Positions 8,365 through 17,373 of a stretch of 64,000 nt of DNA are shown here, piece by piece. The position numbers and the translations under genes are program-made. The notes below the pieces were generated by a model, which saw nothing but the letters and a program-made list of their open reading frames with translations, was not told the DNA's origin and made no database searches. Position 1 is the stretch's first letter; every line of letters begins with the position of its first letter. Source of the DNA: an uncultured virus (IMG/VR IMGVR_UViG_3300042554_000984) (Duplodnaviria > Heunggongvirae > Uroviricota > Caudoviricetes > Kyanoviridae); the IMG/VR virus record IMGVR_UViG_3300042554_000984, positions 1-64,000 of that record; one strand, given 5' to 3'.

Positions 8365-8520
8365 CTCTCGCAGTCAACTGCGGAGCAGAGTGTGTGCGAG
8401 GATGTGTGCGAGGGCTTGAGTGATTTCATATTTTGGAATGCGGACCCCCACCTTATATTTTGGAAAATGGTTTTGAAGGAGTGGGGTTTAGGTCTACCGA
8501 ACCTTCGCACAAAAGGGTTC

Positions 8521-8770
8521 CCATTCCACACTTAAACCCCCGCCCATCCCATAGTCACAACTCAACTCTCCCCGTCGATCCCCGCATATGACTTGGGCAT
8601 CCCCCTCTCTCTCCCAAACCACTTACGGCTTCCCCAAAACACTTACCTAGCCGCCCCCTCTCCCCAAACCACTTATTCCGATCTCTCATTCCAATCTGTC
8701 CTTCCCATACGGCCAGATTTCCCCCAAACTGTCCTTCTCAGACGGCCACTTTTGAAACCTTCGTGAAATC
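8521..8770. repeat. non-coding C-rich array of short direct repeats
   Basis: CCCAAA(C/A)CACTTA at 8613, 8633 and 8663; CTGTCCTTC.CA.ACGGCCA at 8696 and 8729. Confidence 0.7.
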
Positions 8771-8928
8771 AAATTCCCAAAATTTGCAAAAATCCCTTGG
8801 TACATTTTTGGCCAAAACAGGTCGCACTCCCCTCACCACATATCCCTCTCTCCTTCACCCCTTTCCTAAATATCCCTTGTCATGTTGCGTCTGCATTCTC
8901 TGCATCCCCATCTTCCCTGCACAGCCCC

Positions 8929-9891
8929 ATGAGAAGTTTCTACGATTTCTCAAAGTCTGTCCCTGTCACTCCTGTCACTCCTGTCAATTTGAAACTTGAC
9001 GAGGCGAGCAGGGTGAAGTCTTCAGAGGACTTGCAGAAATTGGCAAAGAAGATTCGTCCCATCACCGTATGCGACATCTTCTCTGATTCCACTCCCAAGC
9101 GTCTGTATGAATTGATGGACGAGAATCTTTGGCATCAGACACTTGTTTCAAATGGCATCATCTCAAGCAGGGGGTATTCCTACGATTATGATGCTCCTGC
9201 ATGGATGGAAAGGCTCAAGCGTGACATCTGGTCACCCTTTGTTGAATGGTTCGAAGCCGAGGGTGGTTCCAAGCAGGGGATGATTCCCAAGATCGCGGCG
9301 ATGGCCTCATGCAGGAAGAGGGCAGCATGGGCGAACTGGTCGGGAACCGCCTATCGCGGACTCAGCCGAAGCCTTGCACGGATCGCCAAGTACGAGTACA
9401 CCAGCAAGACCGAGGCTGTCGGTGGCAGGACATGGCTTGTGGCAAGTGTCTCCTATCAGAGCAAGTATGCCATTCAGTCATGGACGAGTGAACCTAAGGT
9501 TGCCAAGAACTTTGCCGATGGCGGCATGGATGTTGCCGTGATGTTGCAGATGGACATAAAAAAAGGCGAGGGGTTCCTGTCGCCCGAGGTGAGCAACAGA
9601 TTGGGCAAGCACTACAAGGAGAGCGAGGTGCTGCGAATCGGCAACGCCAAGACGAGGGTGAAGGCTCTGGTTGACATGAGAGACTTGCTGAACGAACTTG
9701 ACGAGATCCTTGGTGTCATGCGTCTTCCCGCATCATGGGATACGATGCCCACGAAGATGCGTAAGCAGGCATGGCCCGAGGCCGTGGCGGCGAAGATGAT
9801 TCGACTTGGATTCTCAAAGTCCTCTGTCGCAAGCCTCATGTCTTCGGGGCATCCATTTTACGCATCGGTGATGAAGAGGGTGCCATGGTAA
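8929..9891 (+). CDS. ADP-ribosyltransferase-like protein (R-S-E clade)
   Basis: AYRGL ... QSWTS ... KESEVL motifs in the canonical order; N-terminus MRSFYDF; CTAAATA upstream at ~8866. Confidence 0.65.
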   Translation: MRSFYDFSKSVPVTPVTPVNLKLDEASRVKSSEDLQKLAKKIRPITVCDIFSDSTPKRLYELMDENLWHQTLVSNGIISSRGYSYDYDAPAWMERLKRDIWSPFVEWFEAEGGSKQGMIPKIAAMASCRKRAAWANWSGTAYRGLSRSLARIAKYEYTSKTEAVGGRTWLVASVSYQSKYAIQSWTSEPKVAKNFADGGMDVAVMLQMDIKKGEGFLSPEVSNRLGKHYKESEVLRIGNAKTRVKALVDMRDLLNELDEILGVMRLPASWDTMPTKMRKQAWPEAVAAKMIRLGFSKSSVASLMSSGHPFYASVMKRVPW

Positions 9892-10190
9892 ACTTCAAGT
9901 CATACATCAGCGAGGCAAAGGTCAGGATGTCGTGGAAGCGATATGTCATGAAGACTGTTGATGGAAAGATTGCAGATTGGATAGAGGCTGCTTACGAAAG
10001 CAGCAACAAACGATTTGTCATCAAGAAGCACAGACGAAGTTCGACATATGAACTGTTTGACAGACGGCATCCGAGGACATCTTTTGGATCATATGAAACC
10101 CTTGATGCGGCAAAGGAGAGTGCAGAGTGGGCATTGCTGAACGATCCACGGACAGAGTGGCATCCTTCTCTGCGTGAGGGCACGGCATGA
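9885..10190 (+). CDS. hypothetical protein, capsid-targeting-like N-terminus
   Basis: MVNFKSYISEAK; overlaps its neighbours' stops and starts. Confidence 0.65.
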   Translation: MVNFKSYISEAKVRMSWKRYVMKTVDGKIADWIEAAYESSNKRFVIKKHRRSSTYELFDRRHPRTSFGSYETLDAAKESAEWALLNDPRTEWHPSLREGTA

Positions 10191-10927
10191 AGTCTTTCCG
10201 TGGCCACATCACCGAGGTGTTCGACACGACACACTCATGGGAGCCTGTGTCCACGGGAGGCAACCATTGGGTCTATCGCTTTGCCTTGGCAAAGGTTCGC
10301 CGTGGTTTGTTCCTTCCTGCTCCCCTGCGTGGCGAGGAGATCGTCAAGTTCTACGAAAAGCAGGGAATGAGAATCACGGGCAAGGATGGGCAGAACCGTC
10401 CCTTGGTAAACGGCAAGGACATTGCAAGCACTCCTCTTGCGGGTGCGATGTACGAGGTTGGCTTTCGTTCATTGGGACACAACATGGAGAAGTATTCCGA
10501 GTTGTTCAAGCGTTCCAACCTTGGCGGCAACGACAAGTATCTCCTGTGGGAAATAGACTTTGCACGAAACGATTCGATGCTCAAGTGGTCAAACGGAAAC
10601 TGGCAATGGGACTATGAATCGAATTCAGGGGGTTCTGACGAGGATCTTGGAATCATGGGAGGCGGCGATGCTGCTGCCATACTGTCCACGGTGGTCGCCA
10701 TCGCCAAGGAATTCGTCGCCAAGGTCAAGCCCATGGGAATTCTCCTTGGCACGAAGATGGACGCAAAGGGAGCAAGGAGCCGAATCTATGCTGGCCTTGC
10801 AAGCAGAAACAATGCACGGATGATTCCCATTCCCTACTCGCCAAGGTCAGGCATGGGCAATGCGAACATGCTGTGGTTTGGCAAGGACAAGGACTTCCAG
10901 CCCGTCAGCAAGGAAGGCAAGCCATGA
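10187..10927 (+). CDS. hypothetical protein, capsid-targeting-like N-terminus
   Basis: MKSFRGHITE; ATGA coupling. Confidence 0.75.
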   Translation: MKSFRGHITEVFDTTHSWEPVSTGGNHWVYRFALAKVRRGLFLPAPLRGEEIVKFYEKQGMRITGKDGQNRPLVNGKDIASTPLAGAMYEVGFRSLGHNMEKYSELFKRSNLGGNDKYLLWEIDFARNDSMLKWSNGNWQWDYESNSGGSDEDLGIMGGGDAAAILSTVVAIAKEFVAKVKPMGILLGTKMDAKGARSRIYAGLASRNNARMIPIPYSPRSGMGNANMLWFGKDKDFQPVSKEGKP

Positions 10928-11571
10928 AGTCATTCATCGCATTCATCAGCGAGGCACAGTCCTTCGCACAATGGGTTGCACGGAATGCCGAGAAGCGCAA
11001 GGCACCCGCATCGGGTTCTCCCCGCAGTTCCTTCCCGTGGATGCAGAATGCCAACATGGTTCCCGGTTGGTGGCATCCGACCAAGCAATGGTTCACTTTC
11101 GCCCACGGCAAGCAGGGCTACCATGTCACGCATCTTGTGAACAACCTCTCAAAGTTCGGCATTTCCGAAAAGGAGTTGATGGCTGCTGCGGCGAAGGAAG
11201 CGCAGAGGCCATATTGGGACAACGAATTGAGAAAGCAACGGGGACACAATCTTGTCGATGCCGAGCGGGTGATCCACATGATCAAGAACGAGAACATCGA
11301 CAACTCCTATCCGATCATGGCACTAGCCTACAAGCGTGGATGGCTCAAGGCATACGGCGGGAAGTTCCACACCGGCGACCGTGGCGGCGCAATCGAAGGT
11401 TCCGACAAGAAGAGCATCAAGGCCGCGATCCGCGAGATAGAGCAGGCGGCATCCATGGCAGGAATCGATGACATCCGTATCGATGCAACGGAGCGGTCAA
11501 ACACCACATACGAGCCAAAGTTCTTCGTTCTGGATTCAAAGTTCAAGCGTGATGGATACATGAGGCAATGA
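10924..11571 (+). CDS. hypothetical protein, capsid-targeting-like N-terminus
   Basis: MKSFIAFISEAQ; ATGA coupling, AGGAAGG RBS. Confidence 0.75.
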   Translation: MKSFIAFISEAQSFAQWVARNAEKRKAPASGSPRSSFPWMQNANMVPGWWHPTKQWFTFAHGKQGYHVTHLVNNLSKFGISEKELMAAAAKEAQRPYWDNELRKQRGHNLVDAERVIHMIKNENIDNSYPIMALAYKRGWLKAYGGKFHTGDRGGAIEGSDKKSIKAAIREIEQAASMAGIDDIRIDATERSNTTYEPKFFVLDSKFKRDGYMRQ

Positions 11572-11572
11572 C

Positions 11573-12046
11573 ATGAGCAACCACTTTTCACAACTTCGTT
11601 TCTCTCCCGTCAGCAAGAGGAAGGTTCTGTATTCCTTCTATGACCTGACCATCCGCCCGATGCGGACCATGCCGCCATTCTCCTACGGTGTCAACAACAT
11701 CGAAGGGCTCCGTGTCGTTACGATGACACCCGATGGCAAGGAGACTTCCAACACAGCATCCAAGGGAGACATCATCATGAGCGGGGTAAGCCGCGAGAAG
11801 TATGTCATCCGTGGGGCGAAGTTCGGGAAGTTGTATGTGGGCACCATCGGTTCCACCGTATATCCCGAGCAGTCACCGAGGATGGTCGCAAGGTATGACG
11901 GTCCCAATGTCACATTCAAGGCTCCGTGGGGCGAGGACATGGTTGCCAAGAAGGGCGACTACATCGTCCGCGAGGGCGATGGTGCAGGATTCTACCGTGT
12001 GGCCAAGGCCGAATTCGAGAAGACCTACAACCCTCTGCCGAAATAA
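11573..12046 (+). CDS. PGDYG-like domain protein
   Basis: Duplicated half-domains KGDIIM..GVSREKY and PWGEDMVAKKGDYIV...FEKTY. Confidence 0.6.
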   Translation: MSNHFSQLRFSPVSKRKVLYSFYDLTIRPMRTMPPFSYGVNNIEGLRVVTMTPDGKETSNTASKGDIIMSGVSREKYVIRGAKFGKLYVGTIGSTVYPEQSPRMVARYDGPNVTFKAPWGEDMVAKKGDYIVREGDGAGFYRVAKAEFEKTYNPLPK

Positions 12047-12067
12047 ATACAAAAACAGGAGAACGCC

Positions 12068-12544
12068 ATGGGATTCAACGACAACTGGGACGGAGTGAAG
12101 CGCATCGACCTCAACGAAAAGTTGATCGGCAAGCAGCACAAACTTGACTTCAACAAGGACGGCAAGTTGACCAAGACCGACTTCGACATCCTCAAGGGAA
12201 TCCGCAAGGATGCCGAGAAGAAGAAGGACAAGAAGGAGTCCGTCGAAGAAGTCGATGAGGCCACGAATCAGGCACCGAGACTGCCGCACTTCACCGACCT
12301 GAAGGACTTCGCTGCCAATGTCCGAAAGACAGCAATGACAGTCAAGTCTTCGGACATGCAGAACTATCTCCTGCAAGTCTCGGGTTCACTTGCTCATGCC
12401 GGTCAGCAGCAGGCATATTTCTTTGAAGGACTCATCAGTTCCCTTACGGACATTCACCGCAAGACCATGAGTCCTTCCAAGCACGGCAACATGGAAATAC
12501 TGAAAGACCTTGAGATGGTGATCAAGGAACTCAAGAAGTATTGA
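12068..12544 (+). CDS. hypothetical virion protein with LIGKQHKLDFNKDGKL (EF-hand-like) module
   Basis: ATAAATAC late box at 12044 and AGGAG RBS. Confidence 0.7.
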   Translation: MGFNDNWDGVKRIDLNEKLIGKQHKLDFNKDGKLTKTDFDILKGIRKDAEKKKDKKESVEEVDEATNQAPRLPHFTDLKDFAANVRKTAMTVKSSDMQNYLLQVSGSLAHAGQQQAYFFEGLISSLTDIHRKTMSPSKHGNMEILKDLEMVIKELKKY

Positions 12545-12629
12545 AATAGGCATTCGTGGGGTTGCGACATTTGACTTGCATTCGGCGGTTCATGCTGTAT
12601 ACTTGTCGCAACCATCAAGGACAAACACC

Positions 12630-12812
12630 ATGCAGAAAGCGGAAAATACGATTCAGCGGCTCCTTGCCCTGCGAGACAAGTACGAGTACAACGACGATAT
12701 TCGTGATGTGTGCAATCTCGCGATTTCTCAACTTCAGATGTTCGTCAAGGAAGATCGAAACACGATTGATCGTTTCTTCTTCCGTGGATGGGGAAAGGGA
12801 AAGGACGAGTGA
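12630..12812 (+). CDS. hypothetical protein (60 aa)
   Basis: AAGGA RBS; TTGCAT-16-TATACT promoter at 12576-12603. Confidence 0.55.
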   Translation: MQKAENTIQRLLALRDKYEYNDDIRDVCNLAISQLQMFVKEDRNTIDRFFFRGWGKGKDE

Positions 12813-13066
12813 TGATGGATATTGCAAGATATCGCTTCCTGTCCAATGGGACGGGACCGTGTGTGAGGCTGACGAGGGAAGAGCAAGAGCAGGGATGGCA
12901 TTGGTGTTGGGAGTGGGATGACATGCTTGTCGGTCCCCACATGGCCGAGGCTTTCTCATGCACCTGTGGCGTGAAGAATCTTGAGGAGTGGAAGAACTCC
13001 CCCGAGGGAAAGAAGTTCGAAGAGGAACAGTTCAAGTGCGAACCCTTGGACGGTGGAACTTTCTGA
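12812..13066 (+). CDS. hypothetical protein (Cys/His/Trp-rich, possible metal binding)
   Basis: GWHWCWEWDDMLV...CTCG; coupled start. Confidence 0.55.
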   Translation: MMDIARYRFLSNGTGPCVRLTREEQEQGWHWCWEWDDMLVGPHMAEAFSCTCGVKNLEEWKNSPEGKKFEEEQFKCEPLDGGTF

Positions 13067-13277
13067 TTTCCTAAACACTTGGGTGAAAGAACCCGAGCGA
13101 AGAAACATCCGCACCGTAAACTTCAAGATCGAAGGCGGTATCTCTGCAACTCTCGCAAGCAACATGATGATCCGTGAGAGCAACCGTGCCAAGGCTGAGG
13201 GATGGGAACAGGTATTGCTTGAAGTCCACACCAAGAACAACACATTTCAGTTGACCCTGACGGGCATCAAGTACTGA
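13053..13277 (+). CDS. hypothetical protein
   Basis: Distal part of ORF 12981..13277; GTG start is uncertain. Confidence 0.45.
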   Translation: MELSDFLNTWVKEPERRNIRTVNFKIEGGISATLASNMMIRESNRAKAEGWEQVLLEVHTKNNTFQLTLTGIKY

Positions 13278-14555
13278 TTACTTGACGCAGCCCCAGAAAA
13301 GGTCTGCGCCAGCCTTGCTTGTTATGTCTATGCCCTTTTTGGCGGTAGTCTTTGACTTCGAACCCTCAACACGGGGAGCGATGGCAAAGGTCACTCTTGC
13401 CTTCTTGCTCTCTATTGTGCAAGACACATCAAATACGGACATTGATCTAGCCTGACGGTTTATGTCGGTTGCCTTTGTCGGAGTTGAGTGTACTTGTGTT
13501 ATCTTTCCGATTTCTAGGTTTCCTGATGTTGCAGGGAACGGTTTCATGCTATAGATGTACTGTTGACCGTTCACCTTGATCGTCTTGCTTGATGTGTTGA
13601 AGTCCACGGCTCCTGTCTTGGCAAGATTCGACAGGACTTTCTCTTCCATGTAGACGGGCTTCCCTACCTTTATATCGTTTATGGATGCCGCTTGGATTCT
13701 TATCCTTCTTTTCAGGGCAACCGTGGTTTCGCTCAATGATCCTCGCTTGAGGCGAACCTCCATCTCTCTCGCAGAATCATCCATCTTGTCAAGTGAGGAA
13801 ATCGATGGGACTGTTCCGCCAACAAACCACGAAGGAAGTTTGGCACCAGAGTAAAGAAGCCCGATGTTTTCAATATAGACAAAGTGGTCACCGCCATTCT
13901 TTGCAAGACCTTGCAAAGTTGCCCAGTAACTGTCTAGGGTGATTCTCCACTTTTCGCCGCTTTCCTGTGTCGTGTACTTCTTCAGTATTGGATTCCATAT
14001 TTCCTTTGTGACCCAGAAGTGTATGTTTCCCGAGATAGTGGATTGATCGTTCATCCACTTTCCGATAGTCGGCAACATGACATCAAGTCTGGCTTCCACG
14101 GTTGTCAACTTCTTGAGTACCGACTTTCGGTTTATCTCACTCATGGAGTTCCACTTGCCAAGGGACACCTCTGTGGGGCTCCACTTCTTGTTGTTTCGAT
14201 TGAGAGTGATGCTGACTCCCTGTGCTTCTTCTTTCTTCACTTCGATCACGATAGGATCGCTGAGTCTCTTTCCGTTCTTGTCTAGTTTGTAGATTGTAAT
14301 GTCAGGCTGTACAGAACCAATTCCCTTGTCTCCTCCACCTTGAGAGAAATTGCTTACGACCTCTATCTTTCCCTGAAGATGCGAAGGCATTTCCTTGAGA
14401 AGTGCCTTGGCTATTTTGTTCTGCAACACACCGCCAGCCTGCCCACGAATCGACTTCTGCGGAGCCTTGGCTTCGAGGAACATACGGGCAGCAGGGGACA
14501 GCAGAGGAGAACTCTCGTCCAGATGGATGAACTGTTTTAGGGTTAGTGGCTTCAT
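13278..14555 (-). CDS. PD-(D/E)xK nuclease-like protein
   Basis: QPDITI...VIEVK motif; N-terminus MKPLTLKQFIHLDE; ATAAATAC box on the minus strand just upstream. Confidence 0.55.
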   Translation of the reverse strand: MKPLTLKQFIHLDESSPLLSPAARMFLEAKAPQKSIRGQAGGVLQNKIAKALLKEMPSHLQGKIEVVSNFSQGGGDKGIGSVQPDITIYKLDKNGKRLSDPIVIEVKKEEAQGVSITLNRNNKKWSPTEVSLGKWNSMSEINRKSVLKKLTTVEARLDVMLPTIGKWMNDQSTISGNIHFWVTKEIWNPILKKYTTQESGEKWRITLDSYWATLQGLAKNGGDHFVYIENIGLLYSGAKLPSWFVGGTVPSISSLDKMDDSAREMEVRLKRGSLSETTVALKRRIRIQAASINDIKVGKPVYMEEKVLSNLAKTGAVDFNTSSKTIKVNGQQYIYSMKPFPATSGNLEIGKITQVHSTPTKATDINRQARSMSVFDVSCTIESKKARVTFAIAPRVEGSKSKTTAKKGIDITSKAGADLFWGCVK

Positions 14556-14560
14556 GCTCG

Positions 14561-14576
14561 GTATTTATCTAAATAA
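14561..14576. promoter_or_regulatory. back-to-back T4-type late promoters
   Basis: GTATTTAT (minus-strand ATAAATAC) adjacent to CTAAATA (plus), between divergent genes. Confidence 0.6.
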
Positions 14577-14593
14577 AAACCGAGGATACCCCC

Positions 14594-14851
14594 ATGAAGA
14601 GTTTCAAGAAACTTAAGGAAGAGTTGGCAGGCCGTGTTCAGGTTCACTACGGATCGAAGGACGGCTTTGGTAAGGATGTCAAGATCATCGCCACGGTTCC
14701 CCCGATGACTGAACCTGCCATCGAAAACAAGTACGACCTCATGCGAAAAATTGAAAAGTACATCAAAGACATGAAGACAAAGGGGTTGATCAAGGGGAAT
14801 GGCTACAAAATCGTATACCCACATGACCCACAATGGCGTGGGAGTAAGTGA
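14594..14851 (+). CDS. hypothetical protein, capsid-targeting-like N-terminus
   Basis: MKSFKKLKEEL; GAGGA RBS. Confidence 0.7.
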   Translation: MKSFKKLKEELAGRVQVHYGSKDGFGKDVKIIATVPPMTEPAIENKYDLMRKIEKYIKDMKTKGLIKGNGYKIVYPHDPQWRGSK

Positions 14852-14857
14852 GCAAAC

Positions 14858-15025
14858 ATGGGAAGAGAGCGTAAGGGAAAGATGGACAAGGGGGGCAAGA
14901 AGCCCGGACTTTCGTTGCAGGGACTGCCGAAGATTTATCCACCCAATGGTCAACCCATAAGCAAGGAACTTCGTGCTTGGGCAGAGCGGAAGATTGCCGC
15001 CAACAAGGCAGCAGGCAAGCGTTAA
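14858..15025 (+). CDS. small basic protein (55 aa)
   Basis: Manual translation MGRERKGKMDKGGKKPGLSLQGLPKIYPP...AAGKR. Confidence 0.45.
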   Translation: MGRERKGKMDKGGKKPGLSLQGLPKIYPPNGQPISKELRAWAERKIAANKAAGKR

Positions 15026-15321
15026 CGGTAGCGGACGATCAGGGTCTTCTGCCAGATCGACCAAGTGACCTTCTCGTCATCGCCAACGATGTCCGAGAGA
15101 AGTTGCTCCACTTTTTGCCGAGCAGACTTGCGTAGTTCTGAATCGTCCTGCCGTTGCGAGTCACCAATTGGAATCTGTCCGTTGAGTCCCTGTATCAGGT
15201 TGAAGTCGGGTGCATTCCTGAATTCAGGTATCTCCATCATTAGCCAACTAATGTCATAGGTCTTGATGACATCGGGACACATGAGCATCAGGCTCGTAAG
15301 CAGGACGGGAAGAATCTGCAT
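15022..15321 (-). CDS. secreted protein resembling a planctomycete secretin N-domain fragment
   Basis: Hydrophobic leader ending in C, then KTYDISWLMMEIPEFRNAPDFNL...LLSDIVG...TLIVR. Confidence 0.45.
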   Translation of the reverse strand: MQILPVLLTSLMLMCPDVIKTYDISWLMMEIPEFRNAPDFNLIQGLNGQIPIGDSQRQDDSELRKSARQKVEQLLSDIVGDDEKVTWSIWQKTLIVRYR

Positions 15322-15596
15322 CAGTATTGCTCCGAATAGGGCTTGGCCCATGACAGGGCGATGATGTCCTCTATGCCTAGAGGATTTGCGATCCTACGCA
15401 GCACACCCTTTTCCGTGGATGTTGGCTCTCCCGGCGTACCATTACGCATGGCACGGACGCACTTTTCAAGTGTTGCCTCGTCCAAGGATTTCAAAATTTC
15501 AAGGTATTCCTCGGGAATCGAAGCGGATTCGGGGACAGCCTCGTAGGCAATTTCAATCGGAGGCATTGAGATGTTTCCGTATCGGAATCTTGGCAT
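15321..15596 (-). CDS. hypothetical protein
   Basis: ATG 15596 with GAGGAG RBS; coupled to the next gene. Confidence 0.6.
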   Translation of the reverse strand: MPRFRYGNISMPPIEIAYEAVPESASIPEEYLEILKSLDEATLEKCVRAMRNGTPGEPTSTEKGVLRRIANPLGIEDIIALSWAKPYSEQY

Positions 15597-15662
15597 GGAA
15601 GTCTCCTCTGTATCTATGGGGGCAGGCGAATTTGAGGAATAGATACAGTAGAGGAATTCCCC

Positions 15663-16133
15663 ATGGCATATGCACACAAGTTGGCAGAACTAGCCAACCA
15701 AATCACTAATCTCACCGAGGCTCCGATGCTTGCTCCAAGCACGGACACCGGCATGTTCGGCTACAGCAAGTCGCAGTTTGAGATGAAGATTCGCCAACTG
15801 CTTCAGAGAATGGGATTTGAGAAGGGCATCAACAAGATGGAGATCGGCTCCAACGGTAAGATGATGCTCCACTTCGCCAATGCAGCGAAGGCACGGGACT
15901 TCATGATCACATTCAACGGCATGGTTCGTCGCATGGCCAAGGGCGGTGCCACGGCTGCACAGATGGTGACTTCCTTCGACAAGAACAAGTCTCCCGGCAC
16001 GGCTGCCGTTGTATCCGTTGACTTCTCCGTGATGATGAAGAAGGAAGGTGTCGAGGTCACCGAGGACATCTTCGTGATGCTCGAAAGCCTGCACGATTCG
16101 TTCATCAAGGAACAAACTTCTACGGAAGAATAA
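15663..16133 (+). CDS. hypothetical virion-associated protein
   Basis: GAGGA RBS, ATAGATAC late-like box, LTEA site. Confidence 0.7.
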   Translation: MAYAHKLAELANQITNLTEAPMLAPSTDTGMFGYSKSQFEMKIRQLLQRMGFEKGINKMEIGSNGKMMLHFANAAKARDFMITFNGMVRRMAKGGATAAQMVTSFDKNKSPGTAAVVSVDFSVMMKKEGVEVTEDIFVMLESLHDSFIKEQTSTEE

Positions 16134-16447
16134 TGCACTATCGTGACTTGAAGAAAAAGTTGGAAGAGGAGATTGCCAACACCACGGCGATCATCAATTA
16201 TCCCGCAGGGTTCCAAGTAGACACGGTTCCATCTGACTTCGATGTCGAAGACTTTCCCGAGGATGATGAGTGGAGCAGAGACAGAAAAGACCTTGGCGAC
16301 AAGTGGGAAGTTGCAAATGCAGCGGCAGCACGGGAACGCCGTGAGACTGTACTTCGCTGGCTTAAAGCCGCCTCTGGCAATCAGTTAAATGCGGTTGACA
16401 ACAAGAGCCTCCCCAAGGTTCCCGGTTGGCAATCCGAGAAGTATTAA
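16133..16447 (+). CDS. hypothetical protein
   Basis: MHYRDLKKKLEEEIAN; TAATG coupling. Confidence 0.65.
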   Translation: MHYRDLKKKLEEEIANTTAIINYPAGFQVDTVPSDFDVEDFPEDDEWSRDRKDLGDKWEVANAAAARERRETVLRWLKAASGNQLNAVDNKSLPKVPGWQSEKY

Positions 16448-16535
16448 ACTTGACACGAATTGTGGGGTGAATGTAGACTCCCTCCCTATACATACCTATC
16501 CCTATCCATTGTGGGTCGGGAGTTACAAAGGAGAA

Positions 16536-17306
16536 ATGATGAAGAAAGTAATTACCTACGCTGCGGCTATGGTTGCCGCTCTTTCCTTCGGCCACATGGC
16601 TGCTGCTCAGGAGGCTGCTGCTCCTGCCGCTGCTCCGGTGTTCGAAGTCAAGAATTGGTACTTCCGCGAGAGCATCGATGTGAATGCCCTCAAGGATAAC
16701 GGCGGCACCTTCGTTGGACTGAACCAGACCCTAGGATTCGACATCATGAAGGATGTGACTGTCGATTTCAATGTTCCCGTGTATGCACAGAATGGCTACA
16801 CCTCGGTGGCCAACCTCATGCTCGGTGCAAATTGGGCTGCGTTCAAGGGCAACAACAGCGTCCTTGGTGACTGGATGCTGAACTTCGGTGGCGGTTTCTA
16901 CATTCCCGTTGGTACGGAATACTTCCGCAATGCGAATGTGAACCCGTTCGTGAACACCAAGTTCGGCTTCGATCTGTGGAAGTTCGACTTCGCACAGACC
17001 GTTGACTACCGCTTCAACGGTGGAGAGTCCTACATCACTTGGCTCGGAGCCAAGACCGATTCGGATGTCCTCACCCTTGTGTCGGATCTGTCCTATGCTT
17101 GGAACGCTTGGAACTTCGGCCTACAGTTTGACCAGTTGTACTATGTCAACAGCGGCGAGTACCAGTTGTTCCTTGGTCCGGTTGCTTCGTGGGAGGTTGC
17201 TTCGAATGTTTCGTTCGACGCTGCCATCCTCATCCCTGTTGCACAACAGGTCACTAGCGCCGAGTCCAATGCCTTCGTGAAGGCTGGCATCGAAGTCAAG
17301 TTCTGA
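16536..17306 (+). CDS. outer-membrane beta-barrel protein
   Basis: Sec signal peptide (MMKKVITYAAAMVAALSFGHMAAA), amphipathic aromatic-rich beta strands, C-terminal ...GIEVKF; AAAGGAG RBS. Confidence 0.8.
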   Translation: MMKKVITYAAAMVAALSFGHMAAAQEAAAPAAAPVFEVKNWYFRESIDVNALKDNGGTFVGLNQTLGFDIMKDVTVDFNVPVYAQNGYTSVANLMLGANWAAFKGNNSVLGDWMLNFGGGFYIPVGTEYFRNANVNPFVNTKFGFDLWKFDFAQTVDYRFNGGESYITWLGAKTDSDVLTLVSDLSYAWNAWNFGLQFDQLYYVNSGEYQLFLGPVASWEVASNVSFDAAILIPVAQQVTSAESNAFVKAGIEVKF

Positions 17307-17326
17307 TTTCAAATTTCTGCTACTTC

Positions 17327-17360
17327 AACGGCAGGGAGTCGAAAGACTCCCTGCTGTTTT
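17327..17360 (+). terminator. rho-independent terminator
   Basis: AACGGCAGGGAGTC-GAAA-GACTCCCTGCTGTT followed by TTT. Confidence 0.8.
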
Positions 17361-17373
17361 CCTAAATATCCAT

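Noticed and set aside
8600..8750. Short repeats as a CRISPR array
   Set aside because: Repeats are 13-20 nt, degenerate and irregularly spaced with very short spacers; no cas genes.
15608..15648. Inverted repeat CTGTATCTAT / ATAGATACAG as transposon ends or an RNA hairpin
   Set aside because: More simply explained as two divergent late-promoter variants serving the flanking genes.
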